DNA from: an uncultured Bacteroidales bacterium
GTDB lineage: Bacteria > Bacteroidota > Bacteroidia > Bacteroidales > Muribaculaceae
Reading direction: 5' to 3'
Length of the DNA: 64,000 nt
NCBI GenBank assembly: GCA_902776435.1
Contig: CACYQB010000005.1
Coordinates: 35,234-99,233, forward strand
The translations under genes and the position numbers were made by a program. Under the pieces are notes generated by a model. That model saw only the letters and a program-made list of their open reading frames with translations. It made no database searches and was not told where the DNA came from. Shown here one piece after another: positions 17,982 through 28,353 of this stretch. How positions within the stretch are numbered: the stretch's first letter is position 1; each line of letters starts with the position of its first letter.

Positions 17982-20936
17982 TCACCAATTACCACTCAGC
18001 AAGAAGTCAATCAGTGCGGTCACGTCGTTAATCCTCACCTGATTGTCTTCGTTGCAGTCGGCTGCACCAACAATGATGTTTGAGTCGTCCCCACTCAACA
18101 GGTAGTCAATGAGCGCCGTTACGTCATTGATTCTCACTTGACCGTCGCCATTCACGTCACCACGAACGAATTGTGGCTTTTCACTGAAGTAACCTGGGTT
18201 ATCGGGGCCACCGTCAATATGGGCGTAGGTCGCGTCCATGTGGTAGGGATCATAGGTTGTTCCCATGCCGCCAACAAGACTCGCGCAACCGGCAAACATA
18301 GCGGGATGTGTTGTCACATTCGACATATCCCATCCTTCTCCAACATAGACAGTAACCAGCTTGGTACAGCCTTGGAACATAGTCGTTGTTCTCGTTACCT
18401 GATGAGTATCGAAGCTTGTCAAGTCCAGTTGAGTCAAGTTACCGCACTGAAAGAACATAGACCAAAGACTTGTCACACGCGACGTATTGAAATTGGACAC
18501 ATCAACACTTGACAGATTGGTGCATAAGGCAAAGAGCCATTCCATGTTTTCTCCAGTTACATTTGCGGTGTTGAAACTGCTTAGGTCAAGACTCTCCAGC
18601 ATAACGCATCCCTGGAACATACGGGTCATATTCTCCAGATTGTCAGTATTGAAATGGCTCAGGTCTAAATGCTGCAGTTTAAAACAGCTTTGGAACATAG
18701 CAGTCATATCGGTCACCTCACTCGTGTTCAAGTTTTCAATACCAACGACTGATTCTAAGTTCTCCATGCCGTAAAACCAGTAACGAGTGCTTGTGGGTCG
18801 CGCGTCAACAAACGACTCATCAATGTCAACCTTATCCACATAAGCATAGCTGTTGTCGGTGTACCATCCTGGATTGTTGTCACCCTCGTTCAAGTAGTAT
18901 GTTGTCTCAGTGTGCAATTCCTTAACGGCATCGTAATAGAACGTGAGCGTCTTACCATCATCAGAGAGGAGCGCATACGGCTCTTTACTGCTGGGGTCAT
19001 AAATAAACTTGAAGTCCTTCCACACCTCGGCTGCCCCATAAATGCCTTTAGTACCATCTGGAACACAAAGTACTTGATTAGCACGATTGGGGAATGCTTC
19101 GGCAGGAACAAAAATGGGAGTTGCCCAATTGACAGTCACCGTCGCCAGATTGTTACAATCAGCAAAGGCACGGCTCTGTATAGAAGTTACCGATGATGGG
19201 ATATTGATTGTTGTAAGCGCAGTGCCTTCAAAAGCGCTCTCTCCAATTAATAGCAAACCATTGGGAAGAGGAATATCGTTCAGTGCAGAGCAATTCTTAA
19301 ACGAGTTATTGATAATGTATTTGACACCAGCCCCTAACGTGACGGTGCTTAATGAAGTGCAACCCTCAAATCCACCAACCGATACCACACTACCAGGAAT
19401 CGAGATTGCAGCTAATGACATACAATCTTTAAAAGCGCCTTCTTGAATGCCAGACACCTTGTTTCCCAAAGTCACGGAGCTAAGGCTTGTGCAGCCCTCA
19501 AAAGTATTGTTCTTGATGGAGGCAGCATTGTAGTTGATTGAAGTCAGTCCCGTACAGCCCTTGAAAGCACTCTTCTCAACTGTTGTATTATTAGCTATCT
19601 CAATTGAAGGCAAACTCGTGCAGCCCTCAAAAGCACTTTCTCCAATTGATGTCAAATTAGAGAAACGATTGACGGAAGCCAAAGCTGAACATCCCTCAAA
19701 TGCACTATTGCCAATAGTTTTCACTGATGTCGGGAAAGCTATAGAAGAGAGGCTTGTACATCCCTGGAAAGCGTTGTTGCCGATGGCGGTAATCTGCTCA
19801 GGCAAGGTGATGGCCGACAGGCTACTGCAACCAGCAAAAGTATTGTCAGGAATCTCACGTAATCCTGTGAAATGTTGCAATTCATTAAAGGACGTGATCT
19901 GCAATCCTTGGAAACTCAGTCCTAGGTCATTGACCATATAAGCCTCCAGCTGGTCGAGATATCCATCTCCATCAGCATCCCAATTAGCTACACAGATAGC
20001 CTCTACTTGAGGGTCGGCAAATAATAATCTGTTCGGTTCCTTGATCTCCTTAAATTTATTCCACTCATCGGCTGATGCATAACTAGATAATGAGCCTGCA
20101 GGGACATAGAGAATCGCTTGACGACAGAATGGGAAAGTTCTGGAGTCAACTTCTGGAGGTGTCACCATTCCGGCAATAACCGTTGTAATATCCGTTATAC
20201 CTTCAAAAGCACCCGAGCCAATGCTGGAAATGCCGCTTGGAAGAGTAATAGATGTCAAATTAACACACTGCCTAAAAGCAAAGTCACCGATACTCGTGAC
20301 ACTTGATGGGATATGGATAGATGCTATCTTACTCGTACTGACAAAATGATTCGGTATATGCTCAACCTCATTACCAATAATCACCTCACAATCACTTGCA
20401 AGGATAAAAGAGCCACAGTATAAGAATGTGTTCTGAATCAAATATGCCTGCACATTGCCCTCGGCATGCCTTGCATTATAATAAAGAGTCTTAATATAAG
20501 AATTTGGTTGAGCGAAATGATCATCTGAGACAGCACTATTAGCGATGTATACCACACTTTCGGGTATAGTTAAAGTATGTATCGCACAATTACCAAAGGC
20601 TTGACTTCCAATGGATGTAATTGTATTGGGAAGTGTGACTGAAGTTACTTTAGTCCCGTTATAAAATGCCTTTTCGCCGATACCTGTTACAGTATAAGTG
20701 ACTCCATTGATGTCAACAGTGCTTGGGATTACATAGTCCCCAGAAAAATACATAGCATAAGAAATTGCTCCAGCATGTGTAACCTCCAAAGTATGAGCGT
20801 CAGAATTCTTAATGTTATAATAGATTCTTACACCATCATCATTCAAAGCAGATACATCATAAGCACAAGCAGCGATGCTTGATATTAGAGCTATCAGTAC
20901 CAGCAGAGCTTGTTTATAAAAATTTTTTGTTCTCAT
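17982..20936 (-). CDS. BspA-type leucine-rich-repeat surface protein with DUF285-like repeats and a C-terminal dockerin
   Basis: Signal peptide; many xTLPxxITxIGxxAFxGCTSL repeats; LDLSxFNTxNVTxMxxMFQxC repeats; ends GDVNGDGQVRINDVTALIDYLL...ADCNEDNQVRINDVTALIDFLLSGNW. Confidence 0.88.
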   Translation of the reverse strand: MRTKNFYKQALLVLIALISSIAACAYDVSALNDDGVRIYYNIKNSDAHTLEVTHAGAISYAMYFSGDYVIPSTVDINGVTYTVTGIGEKAFYNGTKVTSVTLPNTITSIGSQAFGNCAIHTLTIPESVVYIANSAVSDDHFAQPNSYIKTLYYNARHAEGNVQAYLIQNTFLYCGSFILASDCEVIIGNEVEHIPNHFVSTSKIASIHIPSSVTSIGDFAFRQCVNLTSITLPSGISSIGSGAFEGITDITTVIAGMVTPPEVDSRTFPFCRQAILYVPAGSLSSYASADEWNKFKEIKEPNRLLFADPQVEAICVANWDADGDGYLDQLEAYMVNDLGLSFQGLQITSFNELQHFTGLREIPDNTFAGCSSLSAITLPEQITAIGNNAFQGCTSLSSIAFPTSVKTIGNSAFEGCSALASVNRFSNLTSIGESAFEGCTSLPSIEIANNTTVEKSAFKGCTGLTSINYNAASIKNNTFEGCTSLSSVTLGNKVSGIQEGAFKDCMSLAAISIPGSVVSVGGFEGCTSLSTVTLGAGVKYIINNSFKNCSALNDIPLPNGLLLIGESAFEGTALTTINIPSSVTSIQSRAFADCNNLATVTVNWATPIFVPAEAFPNRANQVLCVPDGTKGIYGAAEVWKDFKFIYDPSSKEPYALLSDDGKTLTFYYDAVKELHTETTYYLNEGDNNPGWYTDNSYAYVDKVDIDESFVDARPTSTRYWFYGMENLESVVGIENLNTSEVTDMTAMFQSCFKLQHLDLSHFNTDNLENMTRMFQGCVMLESLDLSSFNTANVTGENMEWLFALCTNLSSVDVSNFNTSRVTSLWSMFFQCGNLTQLDLTSFDTHQVTRTTTMFQGCTKLVTVYVGEGWDMSNVTTHPAMFAGCASLVGGMGTTYDPYHMDATYAHIDGGPDNPGYFSEKPQFVRGDVNGDGQVRINDVTALIDYLLSGDDSNIIVGAADCNEDNQVRINDVTALIDFLLSGNW

Positions 20937-21116
20937 TTTGATTTGGTTTTATTTAAATTATGTTGTACAGGATTTTATCTTGATATTGATTTCACCTAAT
21001 CAATGCAAAGGAATCAAGTTCTATTATGGCAACAAATATACAACAATTAATAGGAAAAAACTAAAAATAGCTCCGATTTTGTTTAAATATAGTAATTATT
21101 GTGATAATATAGTAAC

Positions 21117-21163
21117 AAGATGATGGCTGGCTTTGTGGATTTCACAAAGCCAGCCATCATCTT
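21117..21163 (-). terminator. Long hairpin downstream of rpiB
   Basis: aagatgatggctggctttgtg / cacaaagccagccatcatctt perfect 21-bp stem. Confidence 0.7.
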
Positions 21164-21192
21164 GATGTCACAACACTATATGTTGTGTTTTT

Positions 21193-21651
21193 TTACTTGA
21201 CGGGAATCTTGTCGATGCGGCGCTGGTGACGGCCACCCTCGTAAGGGGTCGTCAGGAAGGCCTCGACCATAGCGATGGCTTCCTCATCGGTGACGAAGCG
21301 GCCAGGCATGGCCAGGACGTTGGCATCGTTGTGCTGACGGGCCAAGCGGGCGACAGCAAGCCGCCAGCACAGGGCTGAACGGATACCCTGGTGCTTGTTG
21401 AGGGTGATGTTGATGCCCTCGCCACTGCCACACACGGCAATGCCAGGATAGCACTCGCCCTGCTCCACTGCAAGCGCACAGGGATGGGCAAAATCGGGAT
21501 AGTCACAACTGTCCTCGTTATAGGTGCCAAAGTCCTTGCAGGCAATACCCTGCCCCTCGAGCCAGCGCTTGACGGCTTCCTTGACGGGATAGCCTGCGTG
21601 GTCGCTGCACAGGGCAACGGGAATGCCGGGTTTCAAAATCGAATTATCCAT
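21193..21651 (-). CDS. rpiB: Ribose-5-phosphate isomerase B
   Basis: CSDHAGY, DYPDFA, CGSGEG, ARQHNDANVL, YEGGRHQRRIDKI. Confidence 0.95.
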   Translation of the reverse strand: MDNSILKPGIPVALCSDHAGYPVKEAVKRWLEGQGIACKDFGTYNEDSCDYPDFAHPCALAVEQGECYPGIAVCGSGEGINITLNKHQGIRSALCWRLAVARLARQHNDANVLAMPGRFVTDEEAIAMVEAFLTTPYEGGRHQRRIDKIPVK

Positions 21652-21653
21652 CT

Positions 21654-21681
21654 CACTAATCTCTAATCATTAATCACTAAT
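21654..21681 (-). repeat. 7-mer tandem repeat (CAYTAAT-like) x4 directly upstream of the rpiB start
   Basis: cactaat ctctaat cattaat cactaat on +. Confidence 0.7.
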
Positions 21682-21713
21682 CAAATAATTGCGCCCATGT
21701 GGGGCGCAATTAT

Positions 21714-24428
21714 TTATCTCTTAAGTGCCTGGAGTGCTTGCTCCATCGTGGCAATCTTGCTCTCGGCGTCGGCTTTCTTCTTGCGCTCGCCCTCGACAAC
21801 TGCTGCGGGAGCATTGGCAACGAAACGCTCGTTGTTCAACTTCTTCTCGACACTGGCGAGGAAGCCACGGGTATATTCCAGATCAGCCTCAAGCTTCGCA
21901 ATTTCGGCTTCTACGTCAATGCTGCCAGCTACCGGCACGGCAAACTCGGTGGTACCGACCATAAAGGCGGCTGCCGTAGGATCCTTCTCGGTCACTGTCT
22001 CTATCTTGTCAAGACCAGCGAGCTTGATGATGATGGCCTCCAGAGGGTTGTTCAAGCCACCGACCACCTGCAGGGTGAGTTGCTCCTTGTTGGGGAGATT
22101 CTTCTGCTTGCGGACATTGCGCACACCAGCGACAATTTCCTTGACATCGGCCATGGCCTTGAGCAACGCCTGGTCGGCATCCTCTGCCTCGGGGATGAGG
22201 GCATACATGATGCTCTCGCCATCCTTGCGCTCATCAAGGTGCTGCCAGAGTTCCTCGGTGATAAACGGCATGAAGGGATGCAGCAGACGCAGCAACATGT
22301 CGAAGAACTCGAGCGTGGCTTTCATTGTGGCGCGATCCATCGGCTGGCCATAGGCAGGCTTCACTGCCTCAAGATACCAAGCTGAGAACTCTTCCCAGAA
22401 CAAGCGGTAGAGCACCATCATGGCATCGCTCAAGCGGAACTTGGTGAAGTGGTCCTTGACAGTTGCCAGAGCGTCGTTGAGCGTGTGGCGGAACCACAGC
22501 ACAGCCTGACGGCTGGCCTCGGGCTGCTCAACATCGGCCACCTCCCAACCCTTCACGAGACGGAAGGCGTTCCAAATCTTGTTGTTGAAGTTGCGACCCT
22601 GCTCACACAAGGCGTCATCATAAAGGATATCGTTGCCAGCAGGGGCAGCCAACATCAGACCCATGCGGACGCCGTCGGCACCGAATTTCTCGATGAGCTT
22701 CAACGGGTCGGGCGAGTTGCCGAGCGACTTGGACATCTTGCGGCCCAACTTGTCACGCACGACGCCAGTGAAATAGACGTTGCGGAATGGCATATCACCC
22801 ATGTATTCGTAACCCGACATGATCATGCGAGCCACCCAGAAGAAGATGATATCGGGGGCAGTCACCAGGTCATTGGTGGGATAGTAATACTTGATTTCCT
22901 CGTTGCCGGGGTTGTTGATGCCGTCAAACAGCGAGATGGGCCACAGCCACGAACTGAACCAGGTGTCGAGAGCGTCCTCGTCATGGCGCAGCTCACTGGC
23001 TTGGATATTCTCGTAACCGGGAATCTTGCGGGCCTTCTCCAGAGCCTCTTCCTCGTTGAGGGCAACTACATAAACCTCCTTTTCCTCGTCGTCGGTGGGC
23101 AGGAAGTAGGCGGGGATGCGGTGGCCCCACCACAGCTGGCGCGAGATGCACCAGTCCTGAATCTCCTCGAGCCATGCCTTGTAGGTGTTCTTGTATTTGG
23201 AAGGATAGAACTTGAGTTCATCGTTCATGACACAGGGCAGGGCGATGTCGGCAAAGTGCCTCATCTTCAAGAACCACTGCATGCACAGGCGCGGCTCGAC
23301 AGCGGTGTCGCTGTTGCGCTCGCTGTAGCCCACCTTGTTCTCGTAATCCTCGATACGTTCCATCAGACCAGCGGCCTTGAGGTCCTCAACTATCACCTTG
23401 CGGCACTCCATACGGTCCATGCCGACATAGAGCGGCGACTGCTCACTGATAGTGGCATCGGCATTGAAGATGTCGATGGTCTCCAGGTTGTGAGTCTTGC
23501 CCAGAACGTAGTCGTTGGGGTCGTGTGCGGGGGTCACCTTCAAGCAACCCGTTCCGAACTCGATATCCACATAACGGTCCTCAATCACATTGATGACGCG
23601 GCCCACCAGAGGAACGATAACCTTGCGGCCCTTGAGCCACTGGTTCTTTGGGTCCTTGGGATTGATGCACATGGCGGTGTCACCCATGATGGTCTCGGGA
23701 CGCGTAGTGGCCACAACGGCATAGTAGCCCTTCTCATCCTTGTGGATGATGTTGCCCTCGGCACGCAGCTGCTCCTCGTTCTCAAGGGTCTGCAGGCCGT
23801 CAACATAATATTTAAGGTGGTAGAGGTGACTCTTCTCCTCGTGGTAGATTACCTCCTCGTTGCTCAAGGCGGTCTGGGCCTTGGGATCCCAGTTCACCAT
23901 GCGCAGGCCACGGTAGATATAGCCCTTGTCATAGAGGTCAACAAAGACCTTGAGAACGCTCTTGCTGCGCGTCTCGTCCATCGTGAAAGCGGTGCGGCTC
24001 CAATCACAGGAGGCGCCCAACTTGCGCAACTGCTGCAGGATGATGCCACCGTGCTCGTGGGTCCAGTCCCAAGCATGCTTGAGGAACTCGTCGCGGGTGA
24101 GGTCACGCTTGCGGATGCCCTGCTCGGCAAGTCGCTTTACGACCTTGGCCTCGGTAGCAATCGATGCGTGGTCGGTACCAGGCACCCACAGGGCGTTCTT
24201 GCCCTCCATGCGCGCGCGGCGAATGAGGATGTCCTGAATGGTATTGTTGAGCATGTGTCCCATGTGCAACACACCCGTCACATTGGGGGGCGGTATCACG
24301 ATGCAATAAGGCTCACGCTCATCGGGCACGCTCTTGAACAAGTCATGCGATTCCCAATACTTATACCACTTATCCTCGACCTCTTTAGGGTCGTATTTGG
24401 TTGCCAATGTATTCTCTTTCTCGCTCAT
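21714..24428 (-). CDS. valS: Valine--tRNA ligase
   Basis: [13 protein letters not shown] (HIGH-like), [23 protein letters not shown]-terminal coiled coil; start moved to MSEKENT (ATG 24428). Confidence 0.97.
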   Translation of the reverse strand: MSEKENTLATKYDPKEVEDKWYKYWESHDLFKSVPDEREPYCIVIPPPNVTGVLHMGHMLNNTIQDILIRRARMEGKNALWVPGTDHASIATEAKVVKRLAEQGIRKRDLTRDEFLKHAWDWTHEHGGIILQQLRKLGASCDWSRTAFTMDETRSKSVLKVFVDLYDKGYIYRGLRMVNWDPKAQTALSNEEVIYHEEKSHLYHLKYYVDGLQTLENEEQLRAEGNIIHKDEKGYYAVVATTRPETIMGDTAMCINPKDPKNQWLKGRKVIVPLVGRVINVIEDRYVDIEFGTGCLKVTPAHDPNDYVLGKTHNLETIDIFNADATISEQSPLYVGMDRMECRKVIVEDLKAAGLMERIEDYENKVGYSERNSDTAVEPRLCMQWFLKMRHFADIALPCVMNDELKFYPSKYKNTYKAWLEEIQDWCISRQLWWGHRIPAYFLPTDDEEKEVYVVALNEEEALEKARKIPGYENIQASELRHDEDALDTWFSSWLWPISLFDGINNPGNEEIKYYYPTNDLVTAPDIIFFWVARMIMSGYEYMGDMPFRNVYFTGVVRDKLGRKMSKSLGNSPDPLKLIEKFGADGVRMGLMLAAPAGNDILYDDALCEQGRNFNNKIWNAFRLVKGWEVADVEQPEASRQAVLWFRHTLNDALATVKDHFTKFRLSDAMMVLYRLFWEEFSAWYLEAVKPAYGQPMDRATMKATLEFFDMLLRLLHPFMPFITEELWQHLDERKDGESIMYALIPEAEDADQALLKAMADVKEIVAGVRNVRKQKNLPNKEQLTLQVVGGLNNPLEAIIIKLAGLDKIETVTEKDPTAAAFMVGTTEFAVPVAGSIDVEAEIAKLEADLEYTRGFLASVEKKLNNERFVANAPAAVVEGERKKKADAESKIATMEQALQALKR

Positions 24429-24468
24429 TGTTTTGGTTATAATTATGTTTTTATTTCCATTTAAACGG

Positions 24469-24476
24469 CAAAGGTA
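24469..24476 (-). promoter_or_regulatory. Bacteroidetes -7 promoter element (TACCTTTG) for valS
   Basis: TAnnTTTG about 40 nt upstream of the revised start, supporting that start. Confidence 0.6.
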
Positions 24477-24603
24477 ATGAAAAACCGCCAAACTGCAAAA
24501 CGGCAATGCAGTTTTTAGTTTCGGAACGCAATATTGTCTAAAATCGGGTACGGGAACGAAGAAAATGAGTACTTTTGTCTCTTGAAAAAAATATGCTTTG
24601 ATT

Positions 24604-25182
24604 ATGGGAACGATAAATTTCACACAGATTCTGAGTGCTACGCTGGTTTTACTGAGTATTATCGACATTGTGGGTTCGATACCTATCATCCTGCAGTTGA
24701 GGGAAAAAGGACGCCATGTCGATGCGCTGAAGGCTACCCTCTACTCCACCCTGCTGATGGTGGGCTTCTACTATGGCGGCCACTGGTTGCTGCGCATCTT
24801 CAACTGCGATATCCACTCGTTTGCCACGGCAGGCGGTTTCCTGATGTTCCTGATGGCGCTGGAGATGATTCTCGATGTGGAAATCTTCAAGAACAACACG
24901 CCCAACAAGGGGGCTACGATGGTGCCGATGGTGTTCCCGCTCATTGCAGGCGCCGGCGTGCTGACAACGCTGATTTCGCTCAAAGCGATGTATGACGATG
25001 TGAACATCTTCATCGGCCTGGCCATCAACATGATTTGGGTGTTCCTGGTGATTAAGAGCACAGGAAAGATTCAGCAACTGCTGGGCGAAGGCGGCATGAT
25101 GTTCTCGCGCAAATTCTTCGGCATCATCCTGCTGGCGATGAGCGTGAAGATGATGACGGAGAATATTGCTCATCTGTTCTGA
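24604..25182 (+). CDS. MarC family integral membrane protein
   Basis: Six hydrophobic segments; [34 protein letters not shown]. Confidence 0.88.
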   Translation: MGTINFTQILSATLVLLSIIDIVGSIPIILQLREKGRHVDALKATLYSTLLMVGFYYGGHWLLRIFNCDIHSFATAGGFLMFLMALEMILDVEIFKNNTPNKGATMVPMVFPLIAGAGVLTTLISLKAMYDDVNIFIGLAINMIWVFLVIKSTGKIQQLLGEGGMMFSRKFFGIILLAMSVKMMTENIAHLF

Positions 25183-25200
25183 GCAAAAAGCTCAGAACAA

Positions 25201-25228
25201 AGTTTAGAGTTTAGAGTTTAAAGTTTAG
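25201..25228 (+). repeat. 7-mer tandem repeat (AGTTTAR)x4
   Basis: agtttag agtttag agtttaa agtttag. Confidence 0.85.
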
Positions 25229-25238
25229 AGAGGATAAA

Positions 25239-25276
25239 GGCGACAGCCGCTCCCGTGTGATGGGGCGGCTGTCGCT
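25239..25276. terminator. GC-rich hairpin between convergent marC and the GHL10 gene
   Basis: ggcgacagccgctcc / ggggcggctgtcgct stem. Confidence 0.65.
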
Positions 25277-25301
25277 GGTATTGGATATGAGAGGATAAGG
25301 G

Positions 25302-26813
25302 TTACTTCCAGGAGGGGTCGCTCTCGTTCCAGCAGCGGTCGAGTGCGGTGACGGCATATTGCCACTTGCCCTTGCCTTCATCGGGCAGAGCGTAGGTAGT
25401 CTCTCCCGTGATGGCAAGAATATTGTCGGGGTTGTCAAGGTGGCCTTTCTTGCCCTTGGGATAGCGGTAAATGACATAGCGGACAGCATGCTGCATCGGG
25501 TTATCGTCCTCGTGAGGACGCCAAACCAGACATTTTTTGCCGCCGACCTTCTTGATATTGAGGTCATGCACACGATGAGGCTTCTCGCTATCCAGCCAAG
25601 TGTAAGCAGGAATGAGTGCCGGATGGCTCATCTGATTGCTTGACAGCGAGTCGAGCACACCCTTGTAGTTGCTCGTGATGCTGTAAGCGGGCCACCAGGT
25701 GACACCGTGCACGTCATCCATTGCACGTTGCAGGCGCAACTTGTGGTCGAGCTGAGTGGGATTGGTGGGATCACCACCCTCGGCAGCGATATCCTGATGG
25801 GACATCACGTTGTTGACCGCCTGGCCATAGTACATATGACGGCCGTAGGCATGGTCGTTCCACCAGTGCATGAGTGTCAAGTCGCTGGCACGTTCATGCT
25901 CCAGTTCCCAATAGAGTTGAGGCACCATATAGTCCACCCAACCTTCGCCAGTCCACTTGATGCAGTCAGCAAACAAGGCGTCATAACATTGCAGGCCATT
26001 GGTCTCGCTTCCATCGGGGTCACTGGTACGGTTGCGCCAGATACCAAACGGGCTGATGCCAAAGCGCACCCAGGGCTTTACTTCCTGAATGGTATTGTGC
26101 AATTGTTCGATGAGCAAGTCCACGTTGTGGCGGCGCCAGTCATTCTTATCCCACCCGATGCCGTACTCGTTATAGGAAGTCGTGTCGGGGAACTCCACGC
26201 CCGTCACGGGATAGGGATAGAAATAGTCGTCCATGTGCAGGGCGTCGATATCATAGCGCGTGAGGATGTCCCTTACGACCGTGTCGATGAAGTCTCGGCT
26301 CTCGGGCAGGCCAGGATCAAAGTAGAGTTTGCCATCGGCATACTTGAGGAACCACTCGGGATGCTCATAGTAGATGTGGCCTGGCGCGGGCTTATCCTCC
26401 TCACTGCTGGTCACACGATAGGGATTGATCCAGGCATGAAGTTCCATGCCGCGCTTGTGGGTTTGGTCAATCATGAACTGCAGAGGGTCCCACACGGGAT
26501 TGGGGGCCTTGCCCGGTTCACCCGTTAGCCAGCGGGTCCAAGGCTCAAGATCGCTCAGATAGGCAGCATCAGCCTGCGGACGTATTTGCCAGATAACGGC
26601 ATTACAATTGGCACGCTGCAGCAAGTCCAGTTGCTCGATAAGATACTGCCGTGTCTGCTCGGGCGTCATCTGAGCATACTGTTTCTGCCCGATGATGTGC
26701 ATCCACGCGCCTCGAAACTCATATTTGGGCGCTCCTGACAGCAGTGGCTCTTGAGCAGTCAAGCAACTTGCCAATGAGCCAAGCAGCAGAACCATGAAAA
26801 AAATACGTTTCAT
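25302..26813 (-). CDS. Glycoside hydrolase family 10-like (GHL10/UPF0748, YngK/DigH-type) protein with FN3-like tail
   Basis: EFRGAWM, WQIRPQADA, ELHAWINPYR, LHMDDYFYPYP, FGISPFGIW, DYMVPQLYW. Confidence 0.88.
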   Translation of the reverse strand: MKRIFFMVLLLGSLASCLTAQEPLLSGAPKYEFRGAWMHIIGQKQYAQMTPEQTRQYLIEQLDLLQRANCNAVIWQIRPQADAAYLSDLEPWTRWLTGEPGKAPNPVWDPLQFMIDQTHKRGMELHAWINPYRVTSSEEDKPAPGHIYYEHPEWFLKYADGKLYFDPGLPESRDFIDTVVRDILTRYDIDALHMDDYFYPYPVTGVEFPDTTSYNEYGIGWDKNDWRRHNVDLLIEQLHNTIQEVKPWVRFGISPFGIWRNRTSDPDGSETNGLQCYDALFADCIKWTGEGWVDYMVPQLYWELEHERASDLTLMHWWNDHAYGRHMYYGQAVNNVMSHQDIAAEGGDPTNPTQLDHKLRLQRAMDDVHGVTWWPAYSITSNYKGVLDSLSSNQMSHPALIPAYTWLDSEKPHRVHDLNIKKVGGKKCLVWRPHEDDNPMQHAVRYVIYRYPKGKKGHLDNPDNILAITGETTYALPDEGKGKWQYAVTALDRCWNESDPSWK

Positions 26814-26824
26814 CTATACTTGAA

Positions 26825-28276
26825 TTATCGGTCGTCTTCGGGAATTTCGTTCCAAACGTAGGCTCCGAGGTCCACAGCCCCCTTAGCCAAGCGGTCATAT
26901 CCATAGCGGTCATAGCGTGCCTCGGCCGGACATAGAGCGGGATTGCCCTTGCCGATGGCATCGCTCTCGTTGTCCAAGCGGTAATCAAAGAAATGATCAT
27001 CACGCACAGTGAGGAACATGGGGTCGCCTTTCCACACGCAGTTGATGAAATGAGCGTCATCAGTACCGTCACTCCTGAGCAGGCAGTAACGCAGATAGAC
27101 GTCAAAATTTTTCAGGTCGCCCTCATTAATGTCAGACGATAGACCGTAAATGATGCTGTTGTCGAAGTAAGCCTTGATTTTGCGGGTTGTGCCATCGCTA
27201 AACTCCACGTCAAAGACATTCAAGATGGGCAGCGAGGGCACCTTGAAAAGGTAATTGTTAGCAAAGGTGCACTGGCTCATCATGACCTTTCCTCCAGCGA
27301 AGTAGGCAACCTCCTCGGCAGCATCGCTGAATTCCGTGCCGATGGCCTGCACATAGCAAGTCGCTGTCGCCAGGCAGGTCGAAGCCGAGTTGGTGAGGAC
27401 ACAATTCACGAGTTTGAGGGCACAATTCACCGTGTCGCCATAGCCAGTCTCGCCATAGGCCGAGCAATGCATACCGATGCTGCTGCCCTTCATGATGACA
27501 TGCTTGAGCACATTGCCCATGGTGGGCGGCGTAAAGATGACGCCACCCCACTGGCCCGACATGACATCAAAGCTGGTGGAGCCCACCACATGATCCAGGC
27601 GGTCACCACGGAAGGTGATCGGTTCTTCAACCGTGCCATTGGCCAGCATACGGCCGGCACAGCGCAGCGTAGCCTTGTCATGGAAGAGCAGTGTAGCGCC
27701 CGCATCCAGCGTGAGTGTCACACCCGGCGAGACAAACAACGTGTCATAGATCAGGTAGGGCTTGGCAGCCGTCAATCGGGTATTGCTTGAGATGGTATCC
27801 CTCTCAATGCGCACCACATCCTGTCCCCAAGCGGTGAGCACCACTTTCTGGTTCATACCATTGGTTACAAACTCCAACCTGTCCTCTATCAGAGTGGGCT
27901 CATTCTTCTCCATCTCGTCGAGATAGGCCTCGATGAAGATAAAGATGGAGTCATTGCCGCGGATCTCCACATTCTGGAAAGAGTCTCCACGAACGCCGTC
28001 AACATTGAGGTGGAAACGGCCCTTGTCGGCAAGACCAGCGACCTTGATTGAGGAAATATTGATCTGCTTGTTGCTGCGGTTATAGACCACCATCTGCTTG
28101 GTGGCAGTGCCCTGTAATGTGATGACCGTGTCAAACGCCACGGTGTCCTTGCTAAACGCCAGCACATCACTTGACGAGGTCGTGAAGCCGTCCTCGATAC
28201 AAGACGACAATAATGTGCAGGCCACCAACATCGTTGTGGCTAACCACAAGGTGATTCTTGAATGATTCATTGTCAT
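26825..28276 (-). CDS. Conserved Bacteroidales lipoprotein (Ig-like plus beta-helix-like)
   Basis: Lipobox LLSSC; FSKDTVAFDTV, ITFRGDRLD, GQWGGV, DLGAY. Confidence 0.7.
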   Translation of the reverse strand: MTMNHSRITLWLATTMLVACTLLSSCIEDGFTTSSSDVLAFSKDTVAFDTVITLQGTATKQMVVYNRSNKQINISSIKVAGLADKGRFHLNVDGVRGDSFQNVEIRGNDSIFIFIEAYLDEMEKNEPTLIEDRLEFVTNGMNQKVVLTAWGQDVVRIERDTISSNTRLTAAKPYLIYDTLFVSPGVTLTLDAGATLLFHDKATLRCAGRMLANGTVEEPITFRGDRLDHVVGSTSFDVMSGQWGGVIFTPPTMGNVLKHVIMKGSSIGMHCSAYGETGYGDTVNCALKLVNCVLTNSASTCLATATCYVQAIGTEFSDAAEEVAYFAGGKVMMSQCTFANNYLFKVPSLPILNVFDVEFSDGTTRKIKAYFDNSIIYGLSSDINEGDLKNFDVYLRYCLLRSDGTDDAHFINCVWKGDPMFLTVRDDHFFDYRLDNESDAIGKGNPALCPAEARYDRYGYDRLAKGAVDLGAYVWNEIPEDDR

Positions 28277-28353
28277 GGGATTCTTCTGTTATCTATACTA
28301 TATAGAACGAGAGAGATGCCTTTTTAGTGTGCATGGCACGAGAATCAAGGTGG

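Noticed and set aside
13692-18161. Possible diversity-generating retroelement template/variable repeat pair among nuclease paralogs or dockerin repeats
   Set aside because: In the dockerin pair compared, differences were mostly synonymous and not adenine-specific; no reverse transcriptase is present.
22449-24464. 671-aa plus-strand ORF
   Set aside because: Antisense to valS and codon-aligned with it; expected from strong third-position GC bias; no recognisable domain.
24429-24689. 87-aa N-terminal extension of ValS in the ORF track
   Set aside because: It spans a promoter motif (24469-24476) and overlaps the divergent marC start; the true start is MSEKENT. Similar over-extensions were trimmed for ispD, the EEP gene, GT4 42020, AT3 47323 and DUF5723.
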